The notes below the pieces were generated by a model, which worked only from the letters and a program-made list of their open reading frames with translations, searched no databases and had not been told where the DNA came from. Positions 1 through 10,901 of a stretch of DNA of 55,389 bases are shown piece by piece. Position 1 is the stretch's first letter; the number at the start of each line of letters is the position of its first letter. Source of the DNA: Myxococcota bacterium. Lineage in GTDB: Bacteria > Myxococcota_A > UBA796 > GCA-2862545. Made by a program: the position numbers and the translations under genes. Location of the stretch: contig JBCCQY010000051.1 of assembly GCA_039208735.1 (NCBI GenBank), forward strand, positions 1 to 55,389. The letters run 5' to 3'.

Positions 1-28
1 ACGAGGAGCCCTATGCACCCCGGCCGGG

Positions 29-3000
29 TCAGGGCAAGGCCCACCGCACGCGGTCGGCGTCGTCCTCTCGGCCGAGCCGCATCCACTGCTGCAAAGATAG
101 GTCGAAGGCTTCACGTGCCCGATCCTTCCAGCCCCGTCCCTTCGCCTCTCGACCCGCCAATTCGGCCGTCGACGCAATATCGGGAGATACATACTGGGTT
201 TCGGCTAACGCCTTGTTGGCTTCGGCGAGGTGGTGGTCCCAGCTCTTGGTACGGCCGATCTTGGCGTCGACCACTACCTGAGCGAGCCGGACGGTCGCCC
301 AAAGGGCTCGGTGGCCAAAGCCGCGGGCCCGGGCTGAGAGCTGATCGAGGCCCCCGGCGACGCCGACCGTGCCTCCACGTTCCACTTCGATGAGTGCGAT
401 GTGCACGTCCGAGGTGAGCGCAGCACTTTCGGTGCCGAGGGCATGCCAGATGCTGGCCGCCGTACGGTAGAAGTGCAGCGCTTCGTCCCACGACCGGTTG
501 TGACGTGCGATGTCGCCGAACCGTTCGGTGGCCTGGGCGAGCCCCCAGCGATGGCCGGTCTGGCGGAAGGCATCACGGGCCCGCGCGGTGGCTCGGCGAG
601 CCCGGTCTAGATCGCCTTGGAACAATGCGATTTCGCCAATGCCGATCCAGGCCTCACCGAGGTCGATGCGATTCCGTTGCCGCTCCGCAAGGCGTTGGGC
701 CTCTCGAAACTCGGCTTCAGCCCCTGCGAAGGCCCCGAGCAATACGAGGGAGCGCCCGAGGTGGGCGTGAAGCGACGCGGCCATACCAGGCTCGGCAAGC
801 AGGCGTAGACCGTCCCGGAACAGGGACACCGCATCCTGGAAGTGTCCGTTCGTCTCGGCAATTCGGCCCTGATGGAGGCGGACGAACGAACGGAGCCAGG
901 CGGGCCAACTGTGGCGTTGGGCACCGGTTTCGAGGCGATGGCAGATGTGGGTCACCTGCTTGGGACGATCCTTGAAACGCTGGACGTCGGCGATCGCCAC
1001 CAGTCCGGGGACCCAGCGCGGATCTCCCTCGTGAAGTTCAAGCCCGACCATCGCCTCCTCCCACAGGGAACGGAGGGCATCGGCGCGGTTGTAGTCGCCG
1101 GCTTGCAGCGCACCTCGAATGGCGCGAACCGTGGGCTCAAGGGCCGGCTCGAAGGTTCCGGACTGGACGAGATGACGGGCGAGGCGCTCGCCTCCAGACT
1201 TTCCAGATGCCTGCAGCATGGCGGCGCAGGCGCGGTGATGCGACTTGGCTCGACCAGCTTCACTCGCGGTTCGTCCAAGGCTTTCGCGTAGCATGCTATG
1301 AGCGAAGGACCAGGCGCCTCGACCTTCTTCAAGGGAGGCGAGGTGGCGCGAAAGCAGGGTGTCCACCAGGTCGGGACTCGGGGTGAGGCCTCGGGCTCGG
1401 CACGCGCCCAACCACTCGTCGGCGAGCACCCGTTGGCCGAGCACCGCGGCGATCTCGAGCGCATAGCGGTCCGTATCGGGACGTCCCTTGAGCACATCGT
1501 CGATCCGGCCGGCCCACACCGCGTACAAGTCGTCAGGAAGAGCGAGTTCGGCGGTGTCACGAAGCTGGAACCCGCGGCGGCCCGGGCGCAGGATACCGCG
1601 CTGCACCCAATCTCCGATGAGCTGGACGGCAAAGAGGGGATTGCCCGCGGTGCGCTCTTCGACCCGCCGGGCGAGCACGCCTTCAAGGCCGATCAGTTCC
1701 TGGATGAGCGCATGGTGTTCGCGGGGCGAGAGGCGCTCCACGCGGATTCGGCGTCCGTGTTGATCCACCAGCTCGTCCATCAGGCCGCGTTCGGTGGGGC
1801 GCTCCGCGAGCGCTTCCTCGCGCGTGCACATCACGACCAACACGGGCGCGGGCTCGAGGGCTTGCGCCGACAGCACCTGGTGGGCCATCGACAGCGCGTC
1901 GGCTCCCCACTGGACATCGTCGAGGAAGATGATGAGGGGCCGATGGCGGGCCTGGTTCAACACGAAGCGACGCACCAGGGTCGCGGGGGCTGTGGTGGCC
2001 CCTTTCGGATCGGACCGACCCGACAACAGGGTCACCATGTGTTCGATCTCTTGGGGATCGGGCTCGGGGCGGCCGCCGGCCCAGGCGCGTTGAACCCGGT
2101 CGGTGAGCTGCTTGGCGGACAGGCCGCCCGTGCGCAGGTAGCGCCCGATCATGTCGATAAGACCACTGCCCGTGCTGTCGACGCCATGGGAGGCGCGCAT
2201 CACCAAGGCAGCGCCGACCTCGTTGGCCCGCTCACAGAGCCACTCCCCGATGCGGGTTTTGCCGGCTCCCGCGGGCCCGTGCAGCAAGACGAGGCGGGCC
2301 TTCCCGCTGGCTCGCACGGCCGAGAGTTCACGCCAGAGTGCGGTCCGCTCCTCCTCTCGACCGACCATGGGAATGCGTCGCAGTCCATACAGACCGAGCC
2401 CGGCCCCCAACAGCATCGTGGATCGCTCGGCATCGCGAGGGGGGCGCCACCGCGAGGGCATCGGAGGAACCCGGGTGTCGGAGGGGAGGTACGACACCAA
2501 CGTTTCTTCGGCGAGGGAGGGGTCCGAACCGTCGAGTTCCGAAAGAGCGAGTGCGATGGTGGTTTCGGCTCGGGGCGCCACCGGCTTCTTCGACACCACC
2601 GAGATGCGGGTAGCGGCCGGCTTGGACTCCTTGCTGATGCGATGCAGCGCGTAGGCCGCATCGGCGGCGAGTTGAAAGCGGGCGTCGGGACGCGGTGCGG
2701 TCAGCGTGTTGAGCCAATCCTCGATGCCTTGAGGCACCGTCATCCGGGGCCGGAGTGGAGGCAGGATGCGATCTTTGAGGTTGCCCGACAGCTCGTCGGG
2801 AAACGCACGATGGCCGGTGATGAGCGTGTAGGCGCAGCAGCCGAGGCTGTATAGGTCGGTCCAAGGGCCATAATCCCACCAGCGTCCGAGCAGCTGTTCG
2901 GGCGGCATGTACGCCGGCGTGCCCCAACGGAAAGGGTCGCCCGTCGCCGCCATCGCATGAGCGATGCCGAAGTCGGTGAGCTTCACCCTTCCCGAGTCGC

Positions 3001-3517
3001 TTTCGTAAAGCACGTTGGAGAGCTTCAAGTCGCGGTGGATCACCGAGCGAGCGTGCGCGTGGGCGAGTGCGTCGAGCAGGCAGAGGAGCAGCCGGTTGAT
3101 CTCCGGCCAATCGAGCGTGCCCATGTGGTCGGCCAACGTGGTGCCTTCGAGCAGCTCCATCGAGAGGAACGGGGTTCCTGCCACCAACCGGCCCTTGGAG
3201 GCTTTGGCGGCCTGGTCCGGCACCGAGCCGTAATCGAGCACCATCGCGATGTGAGGGTGCTCGAGCGGAGCCACCGCGCGCACTTCGTTGCGGAAGCTCT
3301 CGACGAACATGGTCTCCGACGCACCCTTGGCGGTCAGCAGTTTGACGGCAACGCGAACGCCCTCCGCTTGGTGACGGGCTCGCCACACCTCGCCCATGCC
3401 GCCCCGGCCAATGCGGGTTTCGAGGACGAAGGGGCCGAGCGCGATCTGTCGGATGCTGCCTCCGGGTTCGTCCCCCCGAGGGGTGACGACTCGGGAGTTT
3501 GTGTCAGGGCGCGGCAA
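29..3517 (-). CDS. Ser/Thr protein kinase fused to AAA/STAND-type ATPase and C-terminal TPR-like repeats
   Basis: Kinase motifs GRGGMGEV, VAVK, HRDLKLSN, DFG, GTPAYMPPE; Walker A GPAGAGKT, Walker B IIFLDDVQW, AGNPLFA motif; helical TPR-like C-terminus. Start (TTG) uncertain. Confidence 0.9.
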   Translation of the reverse strand: MPRPDTNSRVVTPRGDEPGGSIRQIALGPFVLETRIGRGGMGEVWRARHQAEGVRVAVKLLTAKGASETMFVESFRNEVRAVAPLEHPHIAMVLDYGSVPDQAAKASKGRLVAGTPFLSMELLEGTTLADHMGTLDWPEINRLLLCLLDALAHAHARSVIHRDLKLSNVLYESDSGRVKLTDFGIAHAMAATGDPFRWGTPAYMPPEQLLGRWWDYGPWTDLYSLGCCAYTLITGHRAFPDELSGNLKDRILPPLRPRMTVPQGIEDWLNTLTAPRPDARFQLAADAAYALHRISKESKPAATRISVVSKKPVAPRAETTIALALSELDGSDPSLAEETLVSYLPSDTRVPPMPSRWRPPRDAERSTMLLGAGLGLYGLRRIPMVGREEERTALWRELSAVRASGKARLVLLHGPAGAGKTRIGEWLCERANEVGAALVMRASHGVDSTGSGLIDMIGRYLRTGGLSAKQLTDRVQRAWAGGRPEPDPQEIEHMVTLLSGRSDPKGATTAPATLVRRFVLNQARHRPLIIFLDDVQWGADALSMAHQVLSAQALEPAPVLVVMCTREEALAERPTERGLMDELVDQHGRRIRVERLSPREHHALIQELIGLEGVLARRVEERTAGNPLFAVQLIGDWVQRGILRPGRRGFQLRDTAELALPDDLYAVWAGRIDDVLKGRPDTDRYALEIAAVLGQRVLADEWLGACRARGLTPSPDLVDTLLSRHLASLEEGRGAWSFAHSMLRESLGRTASEAGRAKSHHRACAAMLQASGKSGGERLARHLVQSGTFEPALEPTVRAIRGALQAGDYNRADALRSLWEEAMVGLELHEGDPRWVPGLVAIADVQRFKDRPKQVTHICHRLETGAQRHSWPAWLRSFVRLHQGRIAETNGHFQDAVSLFRDGLRLLAEPGMAASLHAHLGRSLVLLGAFAGAEAEFREAQRLAERQRNRIDLGEAWIGIGEIALFQGDLDRARRATARARDAFRQTGHRWGLAQATERFGDIARHNRSWDEALHFYRTAASIWHALGTESAALTSDVHIALIEVERGGTVGVAGGLDQLSARARGFGHRALWATVRLAQVVVDAKIGRTKSWDHHLAEANKALAETQYVSPDIASTAELAGREAKGRGWKDRAREAFDLSLQQWMRLGREDDADRVRWALP

Positions 3518-3651
3518 ATCGCAACTCTCGCGTCGGGGGAGAAGGCAGGCGGGCGTCCGACCCTCGATCCGACCTATCGGCCCGCGCGCGAGCGGGACAA
3601 GAGCCAGTACTGGGACCGCGTTATAGGCGTGGTCCTCACACAGGAGGTTGA

Positions 3652-5655
3652 ATGTCCGGCCTGGCTTGGCTCGTCTCGCTCATGCTGGTGGGTTGCGGAA
3701 GCAACGAGCCCGCCCCCTCGGAACCGGCAGAAAACACCGAGAGTGCAGAGAAAATCGACGTTGATGTCGAGGTTCCTACGGTGACCTACAAGCTCGATCC
3801 CGAGGCCGGAGACAAGAGCGTCTCCGCAGAACTCGGCGGACCGGGCTTCACGGGCGAAGGCTGGACGACCAACCTTGAGATTTCCTCACTTGGGAACCTC
3901 GATGCTCCCCAGGGCGGTCAGGTCACGCGGGCGCTCCCCGACTGGCCGGTGACGCTCCGATTCACGGGGAAGGACTACAACACCTGGTACAACTACTACT
4001 GGCGCAGTCTCATGCTCATGACGCTGCTCCAGCTCGATCCGGTCACCCTCGAACCCGCCCCCTCGTTGGCCACGCACTGGCAGCGCAACGAGGACGACAC
4101 GGTGTTCCGGTTCCGGATCAACCCCGCCGCGATGTGGAGCGACGGCAAGCCCGTCGTGGCCGAAGACTTCGTCCAGACCTACGACTTGCTCGTCGATGAT
4201 GGCATTCTCGATCCATCGGCCAAGTTCACGTGGGGCAAGTTCGAGCGTCCCGTGGCCGTGTCGAAGTACATCCTCGAGGTGAAGGTCAACGACCCGAAGT
4301 GGTCGAACTTCCTGCTGATTGCGACGTCATTTTACCCGTTCCCTGCCCATGAAGTCGGGGAGCTGACGGGCTCTGAGTACCTCGACCAGTACCAGAACAA
4401 GTACACGGCGGTCACGGGCCCCTACAATGTCGACATGGACGATATCGTCCTCAACCAGACCCACGTGGTCAAGCGACGCACCGATTGGTGGGCCGAGGAC
4501 AACCCGGCGTTCGATGGCCGGTTCAACATTGGCAGCGTCAAGAGCATCGTGGTCAAGGACCCGCAGCTCACCTTTGAGAAGGCCAAGAAGGGCGAACTCG
4601 ACTACTTCATCGTCGGAAAGGCGCAGTGGTGGGCCGAGGAGATCCCCGAGCACCCCTGGGTGAAGCGTGGCCTGCTTTATCCGGCCAAGTTCTACACCAA
4701 CTCGCCCGTGGGCACGAACGGCTACGCCCTCAACATGCGACGCGAGCCCCTCGATGATGTGCGCATCCGCAAGGCGTTGCAGTACGTGTACGACCGCGAA
4801 ACGATGATCGAGAAGCTCTTCTTCAACGAGTACGAGCCCCTCACCAGCTACTGGCAGTACGGCCCCTACCAGAACGCCAACAACGAAGAGATCCCGTTTG
4901 ATGATTTCAAGGCGGTTGAACTCCTCGAAGAAGCAGGCTGGACCGAAAAGAACGACGAAGGCTACCGTGTGAAGGACGGCAACGTCCTGCAGTTCGAGGT
5001 GGTGTACGGAAGCGCGCTGACCGAACGTCCGCTCACCCAATGGCAGGAGTCGGCGAAGAAGGCGGGCATCAAACTCGATCTCAAGCTGCTCACGCCGCCC
5101 AGCCTGTGGAAGACGCTGCGCGAAAAGCAGTACGACATCGCGAACATCCCGTGGGGCGCCATCATCTTCCCCAACCCCGATACGTCGTGGCTGGGTGCGT
5201 TGGCCGATCAGACCGACAACAACAACGTGACGTCGCTCAAAGATGATGAGGTCGACCGGCTCATCAACGCCTACAACGCAGAGCGCGACCAGAAGAAGCG
5301 CGAGGCCCTCATCCGTGAACTCGACGCGCTCATCTACGCGATGCATCCCTACGTGTTGTCTTGGTACAACCCGGCCCAGCGCGTGATGATGACGAACCGC
5401 TTTGGGTTTCCCGAGCCGTGGGGTAGCGCGCGCTTCTCCCGCAGCACGGGCGACGCCAACCTGACCCACTACTGGTGGATCGATCCCGCGAAGGACGAGG
5501 CCTTCCAGAAGGCCAAGGCCGACGACAGCATCCAGCTCGAGACGCCCGCCACCCACTGGCGCTTCTGGGCGGAGTGGTCGAAGGCCCAAAATGCGAAGTC
5601 CGCGGCGGAGGAGCCTGCCCCGGCCGAGCCTACTGAGGATGCGGCTGGAGAATGA
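3652..5655 (+). CDS. Peptide ABC transporter substrate-binding lipoprotein (family 5, YejA/OppA-like)
   Basis: RBS CAGGAGG upstream; lipobox LVGC; SLATHW, WSDGKPVVAEDF, TGPY and DVRIRKAL family-5 motifs; first gene of the ABC operon. Confidence 0.9.
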   Translation: MSGLAWLVSLMLVGCGSNEPAPSEPAENTESAEKIDVDVEVPTVTYKLDPEAGDKSVSAELGGPGFTGEGWTTNLEISSLGNLDAPQGGQVTRALPDWPVTLRFTGKDYNTWYNYYWRSLMLMTLLQLDPVTLEPAPSLATHWQRNEDDTVFRFRINPAAMWSDGKPVVAEDFVQTYDLLVDDGILDPSAKFTWGKFERPVAVSKYILEVKVNDPKWSNFLLIATSFYPFPAHEVGELTGSEYLDQYQNKYTAVTGPYNVDMDDIVLNQTHVVKRRTDWWAEDNPAFDGRFNIGSVKSIVVKDPQLTFEKAKKGELDYFIVGKAQWWAEEIPEHPWVKRGLLYPAKFYTNSPVGTNGYALNMRREPLDDVRIRKALQYVYDRETMIEKLFFNEYEPLTSYWQYGPYQNANNEEIPFDDFKAVELLEEAGWTEKNDEGYRVKDGNVLQFEVVYGSALTERPLTQWQESAKKAGIKLDLKLLTPPSLWKTLREKQYDIANIPWGAIIFPNPDTSWLGALADQTDNNNVTSLKDDEVDRLINAYNAERDQKKREALIRELDALIYAMHPYVLSWYNPAQRVMMTNRFGFPEPWGSARFSRSTGDANLTHYWWIDPAKDEAFQKAKADDSIQLETPATHWRFWAEWSKAQNAKSAAEEPAPAEPTEDAAGE

Positions 5656-6677
5656 CCAGCTACTTCATTCGTCGCTTCCTGCTCTTGATTCCGACGTTCA
5701 TCGGGATCACCTTTCTCGTGTTCGCGATCACGCGGTTCGTCCCTGGGGGCCCCATCGATCAGATGATGGCTGCTGCCCAGGGGGCGGCCTCTGAGGCGGG
5801 GGGCGGCGGTGGAGGAGCGACCACCTTTGATGTCCCGCAGTCCGTCATCGACGCCATGAACGAACGCTATGGCTTCGACAAGCCCTTTTACGTGGCGTAC
5901 TTCCACTGGCTTGGCGACGTTTTGACGGGCAACTTGGGCACGTCCTACAAGTTCAACCTGCCCGTGCTTGGCCTCATCGTGTCGCGGTTCCCGGTCAGCC
6001 TCTATTTTGGCCTCATCGGGTTCTTCCTGGCCTATTCGGTCTGCATTCCGCTCGGCATCTACAAGGCCATCCTGCACTCGGGCCGGTTCGACATTGCGTC
6101 GTCGGCCTTAGTGTTCGTGGGCTACTCGATTCCCGGCTGGGCACTCGGCGGTGTGTTGCTCGTGTTGCTCGGCGGGGGGTCGTTTCTCGATCTGGTTCCT
6201 CTGGGAGGATTCCGATCTGAGAACTGGAATGAGCTGTCGTGGTTTGGCAAGATCGTCGACCAGCTTCACCACACGATTCTCCCCGTCATCTCCTATGCGG
6301 TCGCCCAGTTCGCGGTGCTCACGATGCTGATGAAGAACAGCCTCATGGAGAACCTCGGTCAGGACTACGTGCGCACGGCGTTCGCGAAGGGCCTGTCCGA
6401 ACGGCGAGTCATCTGGGTGCACGTGTTGCGCAATTCACTCATTCCCATTTCGACGGGTCTGGGGCATGCGTTGTCGGTGGTGATGGCCGGTTCCTACCTG
6501 GTCGAGAAGGTCTTCAACATCGATGGTGTCGGCTACCTCGGCTTCATTTCGATTGTCGAGCGTGACTATGCCGTGGTGATGGGGATTCTCGTCATCAACG
6601 TCGTGCTGCTGCTGCTGGGCAACATCATCTCCGACGTGCTTTACGTGCTCGTCGACCCGCGGATCCGGTTCAACTGA
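5652..6677 (+). CDS. Peptide ABC transporter permease (YejB/OppB-like)
   Basis: YFIRRFLLLIPT start, PGGPID, DYVRTAFAKGL EAA motif, DPRIRF end; ATGA overlap with the upstream gene. Confidence 0.93.
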   Translation: MTSYFIRRFLLLIPTFIGITFLVFAITRFVPGGPIDQMMAAAQGAASEAGGGGGGATTFDVPQSVIDAMNERYGFDKPFYVAYFHWLGDVLTGNLGTSYKFNLPVLGLIVSRFPVSLYFGLIGFFLAYSVCIPLGIYKAILHSGRFDIASSALVFVGYSIPGWALGGVLLVLLGGGSFLDLVPLGGFRSENWNELSWFGKIVDQLHHTILPVISYAVAQFAVLTMLMKNSLMENLGQDYVRTAFAKGLSERRVIWVHVLRNSLIPISTGLGHALSVVMAGSYLVEKVFNIDGVGYLGFISIVERDYAVVMGILVINVVLLLLGNIISDVLYVLVDPRIRFN

Positions 6678-7780
6678 TGGCAACGACGCAAGAATCCGCG
6701 CCGGCCCCGAGCGCGACGAAGGTGACGCTCGATGAGCGTCCCGTAAGCCTGATGCAGAAGCGTTGGCGAAAGTTCAAGTCGCTCAAGCGCGGCTGGTACA
6801 GCTTCGTCATCCTCTGCTCCGCCCTGTTGTTGAGCTTCTTCAACCCGGTGCTCATCAACAACCGGGCCCTGGTGGTGTCGTACCAGGGCGAACTGCACTT
6901 CCCGGTGTTTGAAAACCCGATCGAAGCGGTCGATCTAGGGCAGCGTGCGGTGGGAGAGCCCGATTACCGCGAGCTGAAGGCCCAATACGCCGAGGCCAAT
7001 GAAGGGGATTTCGTATGGATGCCGCTTTATCCCTACGGCCCCTACGAGCACCTACTGAAGGACGAGGCCTTGCCCGGTCCGCCGCCCCATGCGCCCACCC
7101 CTGAGCACTGGATGGGCACCGACGACCGAGCTCGCGACGTGTTCGCCAGGCTGATCTACGGGTTTCGGGTGTCGCTGTTGTTTGGCCTGTCGGTGGTGGC
7201 GGTGGCCTTCACCGTCGGCACCGCGGTGGGCGCCATGTTGGGGTACTTCGGAGGCACCTTCGACATCCTGGCGCAGCGCCTCATCGAGATTTGGATGGGC
7301 CTTCCCTTCCTCTACACCATCATCATCATCACAAGCCTGCTTCAACCCAACATCATCATGTTCGTGTTGTTGCTGGCGGCATTCCGATGGATGGGCCTGA
7401 CGTATTACGTCCGAGGCGAGGTCTACCGAGAGAAGGCCAAGGACTACGTGGCTGCGGCGGTGGCTCAGGGCGAATCGCACCTCTCCATTTTGTTCCGCCA
7501 CATCCTGCCCAACAGCCTCACCCCCATCATCACGTTCGCCCCGTTTCGGCTCGTAGCCTACATCTCGGTGCTCGTGAGCCTGGACTACCTGGGCTTTGGC
7601 CTGCCCGCGCCGACCCCAAGTTGGGGAGAGCTGGTGAAACAGGGGCTCAACAACATCCAGGAGTACCACCTGGTGTTCTTCCCGCTGGGAGCGATGTTCG
7701 TGACCCTTCTCATGGTCGTCTTCATTGGGGAGGCGATTCGTGAAGCGTTCGATCCCAAGGTCTTCTCGAGGTTGAGGTAG
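6677..7780 (+). CDS. Peptide ABC transporter permease (YejE/OppC-like)
   Basis: HWMGTDDRARDVFARLIYGFRVSL, DYVAAAVAQG, FRHILPN, PTPSWGEL, GEAIREAFDP. Confidence 0.93.
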   Translation: MATTQESAPAPSATKVTLDERPVSLMQKRWRKFKSLKRGWYSFVILCSALLLSFFNPVLINNRALVVSYQGELHFPVFENPIEAVDLGQRAVGEPDYRELKAQYAEANEGDFVWMPLYPYGPYEHLLKDEALPGPPPHAPTPEHWMGTDDRARDVFARLIYGFRVSLLFGLSVVAVAFTVGTAVGAMLGYFGGTFDILAQRLIEIWMGLPFLYTIIIITSLLQPNIIMFVLLLAAFRWMGLTYYVRGEVYREKAKDYVAAAVAQGESHLSILFRHILPNSLTPIITFAPFRLVAYISVLVSLDYLGFGLPAPTPSWGELVKQGLNNIQEYHLVFFPLGAMFVTLLMVVFIGEAIREAFDPKVFSRLR

Positions 7781-7782
7781 CC

Positions 7783-8805
7783 ATGGATCCGTTGTTGTCC
7801 GTGCGCAACCTCAAGACCGCGTTCGAGGTTGGCGACCGCACGGCGTGGGCTGTTCGTGGCGTGGATTTCGAGGTGATGCCTGGAGAGTTCCTCGGCATCG
7901 TTGGCGAGTCGGGGTCGGGCAAGTCCGTCACCGCACTGTCGATCTTGCGTCTGATTCCCGAACCCCCAGGACGCATCGCTGAAGGCGAGGTCGAGTTCGA
8001 CGGCACCGACCTGCTCACCCTGTCTTGGGAAGACATGCGCAAGGTGCGCGGCAATCGCATCGCGATGATCTTTCAAGAGCCCATGACCAGCCTCAATCCG
8101 GTGTTCACCATCGGCATGCAGGTCGCCGAAACGGTGGTCCAGCATGAGGGACTGTCCTGGGAGGACGCCGAAAAACGTGCGGTCGAGGTGCTTGAAGCGG
8201 TCGGCATTCCTGACCCGGCGCGGCGGCTCGGCGACTATCCGCATCAGTTCTCGGGTGGCATGCGCCAGCGTGTGATGATTGCGATGGCGCTGATCTGCAA
8301 TCCCGACCTCTTGATCGCCGATGAACCCACCACGGCGCTCGATGTGACCATTCAGGCCCAGATCCTGGACCTGATGCGCGACCTGCAAGAAAAGCGCGGT
8401 GCAGCGGTCATCCTCATCACCCACGATCTCGCAGTGGTGGCCGAGACTTGCCAGCGCGTGATCGTGCTGTACGGCGGCCGCATCCAAGAGGTCGCCCCCG
8501 TCGAGGCGCTTTTCGATCTGCCGTTGCATCCCTACACCCAAGGATTGCTGGCGAGCATTCCCGACCGTGCGGTGAAGGGCAAGCCGATGCGCGCCATTCC
8601 GGGCAATGTGCCTACAATCTTCGATTTTCCCGAGGGGTGCCGGTTTTCGACCCGGTGTCCGGTGGCGGAGCCTCGCTGTCACACCATCGAGCCGAGCCTG
8701 GTGAAGATCGCGGAGGGCCACGAGGTGCGCTGCCATCTCGTCGACCCCGACAACCCCGTCCCCCCATGGCAACCCGAGAGTTCGGAGCACAACGATGCCG
8801 GGTGA
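7783..8805 (+). CDS. Oligopeptide ABC transporter ATP-binding protein (OppD/DppD-like)
   Basis: Walker A GESGSGKS, signature FSGGMRQR, Walker [18 protein letters not shown]-terminal Cys motif GCRFSTRC. Confidence 0.95.
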   Translation: MDPLLSVRNLKTAFEVGDRTAWAVRGVDFEVMPGEFLGIVGESGSGKSVTALSILRLIPEPPGRIAEGEVEFDGTDLLTLSWEDMRKVRGNRIAMIFQEPMTSLNPVFTIGMQVAETVVQHEGLSWEDAEKRAVEVLEAVGIPDPARRLGDYPHQFSGGMRQRVMIAMALICNPDLLIADEPTTALDVTIQAQILDLMRDLQEKRGAAVILITHDLAVVAETCQRVIVLYGGRIQEVAPVEALFDLPLHPYTQGLLASIPDRAVKGKPMRAIPGNVPTIFDFPEGCRFSTRCPVAEPRCHTIEPSLVKIAEGHEVRCHLVDPDNPVPPWQPESSEHNDAG

Positions 8806-9796
8806 ACCGCTCATCGACATCCAGGGCTTGCGGGTCACGTTTCCGGTTTATGGAGGCGTGCTACGAACCCGCGTGGCGGGCGTGCGGGCCGTCGACGGAA
8901 TCGACCTCGACATTCGCAAGGGCGAAGTGCTGGGCCTCGTGGGCGAGTCTGGCTCGGGCAAGACCACGGTAGGCCGCGCGATCATCAACCTGTTGCGCTT
9001 CACCACGGCCGGCGTCGAGCTCGAAGGCGACATTCGCTACGTGCCCGACAACACCAACCTAAATGGGCTGCGGCGAAGCACGATGCTGCCGTATCGGGCG
9101 AAGATCCAAATGATCTTTCAAGACCCGTTTTCGTCGTTGAATCCTCGGCTTTCGGTGTTGCAGATCATCGAGGGCCCGCTGCGGGTCCATACGCGCATGA
9201 CGGCCGAGGAGCGCCGCGAGAAGGTGCTCGAATTGCTCGATCGGGTGGGCTTGCAGCCGGCCTACGCGGAGCGCTACCCCCACGAGTTCAGCGGTGGGCA
9301 ACGTCAGCGCATTGGCATTGCCCGGGCGTTGGCCACGGGTCCCGAACTGGTCATCGCTGACGAGCCGGTCAGTGCGCTGGACGTGTCGGTGCAGGCCCAG
9401 GTCATCAACCTGATGCAGGAGCTGCAAGATCAGCTCGGTCTCACCTACCTCTTCATCGCCCATGATCTGTCGGTGGTGCAGCACATCAGCGACCGCATTG
9501 CGGTGATGTACCTGGGCAACATCGTCGAGATCGGACCGGCGGACGAGGTCTACCAGTCTCCTCGGCACCCTTACGCAAAGGCGCTGCTCTCGGCGGTGCC
9601 CAAGCCAGATCCGCGGCGACGCCACAAGCGCATCAAGCTCGAAGGCGACATCCCCACCCCGCTTGCGAAGCCATCGGGATGTGGGTTCCGGACCCGGTGT
9701 CCCATCGCGAAGCCCTCGTGCGCCGAAGCCGTGCCCGAGTTCGTCGAGGTGGGTCCGGGCCACAAGGTCGCATGCCCTTGGCACGAAGAGATGTAG
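8795..9796 (+). CDS. Oligopeptide ABC transporter ATP-binding protein (OppF/DppF-like)
   Basis: GESGSGKT, FSGGQRQR, IADEPVSALD, HPY, GCGFRTRC. Confidence 0.95.
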   Translation: MPGEPLIDIQGLRVTFPVYGGVLRTRVAGVRAVDGIDLDIRKGEVLGLVGESGSGKTTVGRAIINLLRFTTAGVELEGDIRYVPDNTNLNGLRRSTMLPYRAKIQMIFQDPFSSLNPRLSVLQIIEGPLRVHTRMTAEERREKVLELLDRVGLQPAYAERYPHEFSGGQRQRIGIARALATGPELVIADEPVSALDVSVQAQVINLMQELQDQLGLTYLFIAHDLSVVQHISDRIAVMYLGNIVEIGPADEVYQSPRHPYAKALLSAVPKPDPRRRHKRIKLEGDIPTPLAKPSGCGFRTRCPIAKPSCAEAVPEFVEVGPGHKVACPWHEEM

Positions 9797-9803
9797 TCTC
9801 GCG

Positions 9804-10901
9804 CTACGTTGACCGTACGTTGGGGTCCTGCAGGAGCACCGGCAGTGCCCACGCGGCAAGGCGACCTGCGGAGTCGTCGCGAAGGGCGATCCGTTCGAGT
9901 ACGGGCACCACCCGCGCCGAAAGCGGGCTCTTGCGAAGGTGCAGGTTCACGAGCGACAGCACGATGCCATGGTGCATGTCGGCACACATCGGGTCATCGA
10001 GCCGGTCGATGAGCGAGTCGTCCCACCACGGGGTGCTGCCGAGGCCCTGCTCGAGCTTAGGCAAGAACCCGATTTGCTCGGCCGCCACCCCTCTTGCCGG
10101 CGGCACCGCACCGAGTGCGTGTTGCACGCAGCGATGGGCGATGGCGGCTTCGAGTTCGCCGCGACGCGCGAGATCCACCACCGCAGGCAGGGCCGCGGCC
10201 ACCACGTTGGGGGGGCCGTGTCGGGCCCGATGGACGACGAAGTCACGGTCTTCGGGGGTCGCACGGGACACCAGTGCGGTGATGGCACGGGCAACCGGGT
10301 CCACCGAATCGGGGCCTGCCGCGAGCAACAGGGCTTCGATGAGCGCTCGGTCTGGCTTTGCGACCACTTGGGCGTAGCGAGCCACCGAACCGACCGCCTC
10401 GCCGGCCCGCAGACGGGCCAGTAGTTGTCGACGCACGGGTTCTCGCCAGCCGATGGTGCTGCAGAACCAACATCTACAGGTGCCGTGGGTGCGTTGCATT
10501 CGTCCGTCACGCTCGATGAAGGGGCCCAGCTGGTCGCCGTCCACGAGCACCTGTTCCAGACTCGGGAGCGGCCCCAAGAGCCGCCATCCTGCGGGCGCAA
10601 GCCACTGCTCCTGAATGGTCTGGGCCTCGCACGCAATCGCCGCCCGCAACCAATGCAGCGCAAGCGCTGGCCCGATGGACGTCGGGTCGTCGGGAATCAC
10701 GAATCGGATCGCCCGTTCCGTGGGCATCGATCGGATCCAACGCCAGGGATCGACCGCCTCGTGTCCCGGACTCATCGCGAACCAGTCGATGCGCTCCCGC
10801 AACCCTGCTTCAATTTGGGCCTGCACCTGGGCGACGCTCTGGAGTTGGGGAGTCGGGTGGGGGGCCTTGATTACGAAGAGGACCACCTCGAATTCGGCCA
10901 C
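9804..10901 (-). CDS. Hypothetical protein with central HGTCRCWFC Cys cluster and helical (HEAT-like) C-terminus
   Basis: 3' part of ORF 9804..11717. GTG at 10901 is preceded by GGAGG; the further upstream extension overlaps nei on the opposite strand. Confidence 0.65.
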   Translation of the reverse strand: MAEFEVVLFVIKAPHPTPQLQSVAQVQAQIEAGLRERIDWFAMSPGHEAVDPWRWIRSMPTERAIRFVIPDDPTSIGPALALHWLRAAIACEAQTIQEQWLAPAGWRLLGPLPSLEQVLVDGDQLGPFIERDGRMQRTHGTCRCWFCSTIGWREPVRRQLLARLRAGEAVGSVARYAQVVAKPDRALIEALLLAAGPDSVDPVARAITALVSRATPEDRDFVVHRARHGPPNVVAAALPAVVDLARRGELEAAIAHRCVQHALGAVPPARGVAAEQIGFLPKLEQGLGSTPWWDDSLIDRLDDPMCADMHHGIVLSLVNLHLRKSPLSARVVPVLERIALRDDSAGRLAAWALPVLLQDPNVRST

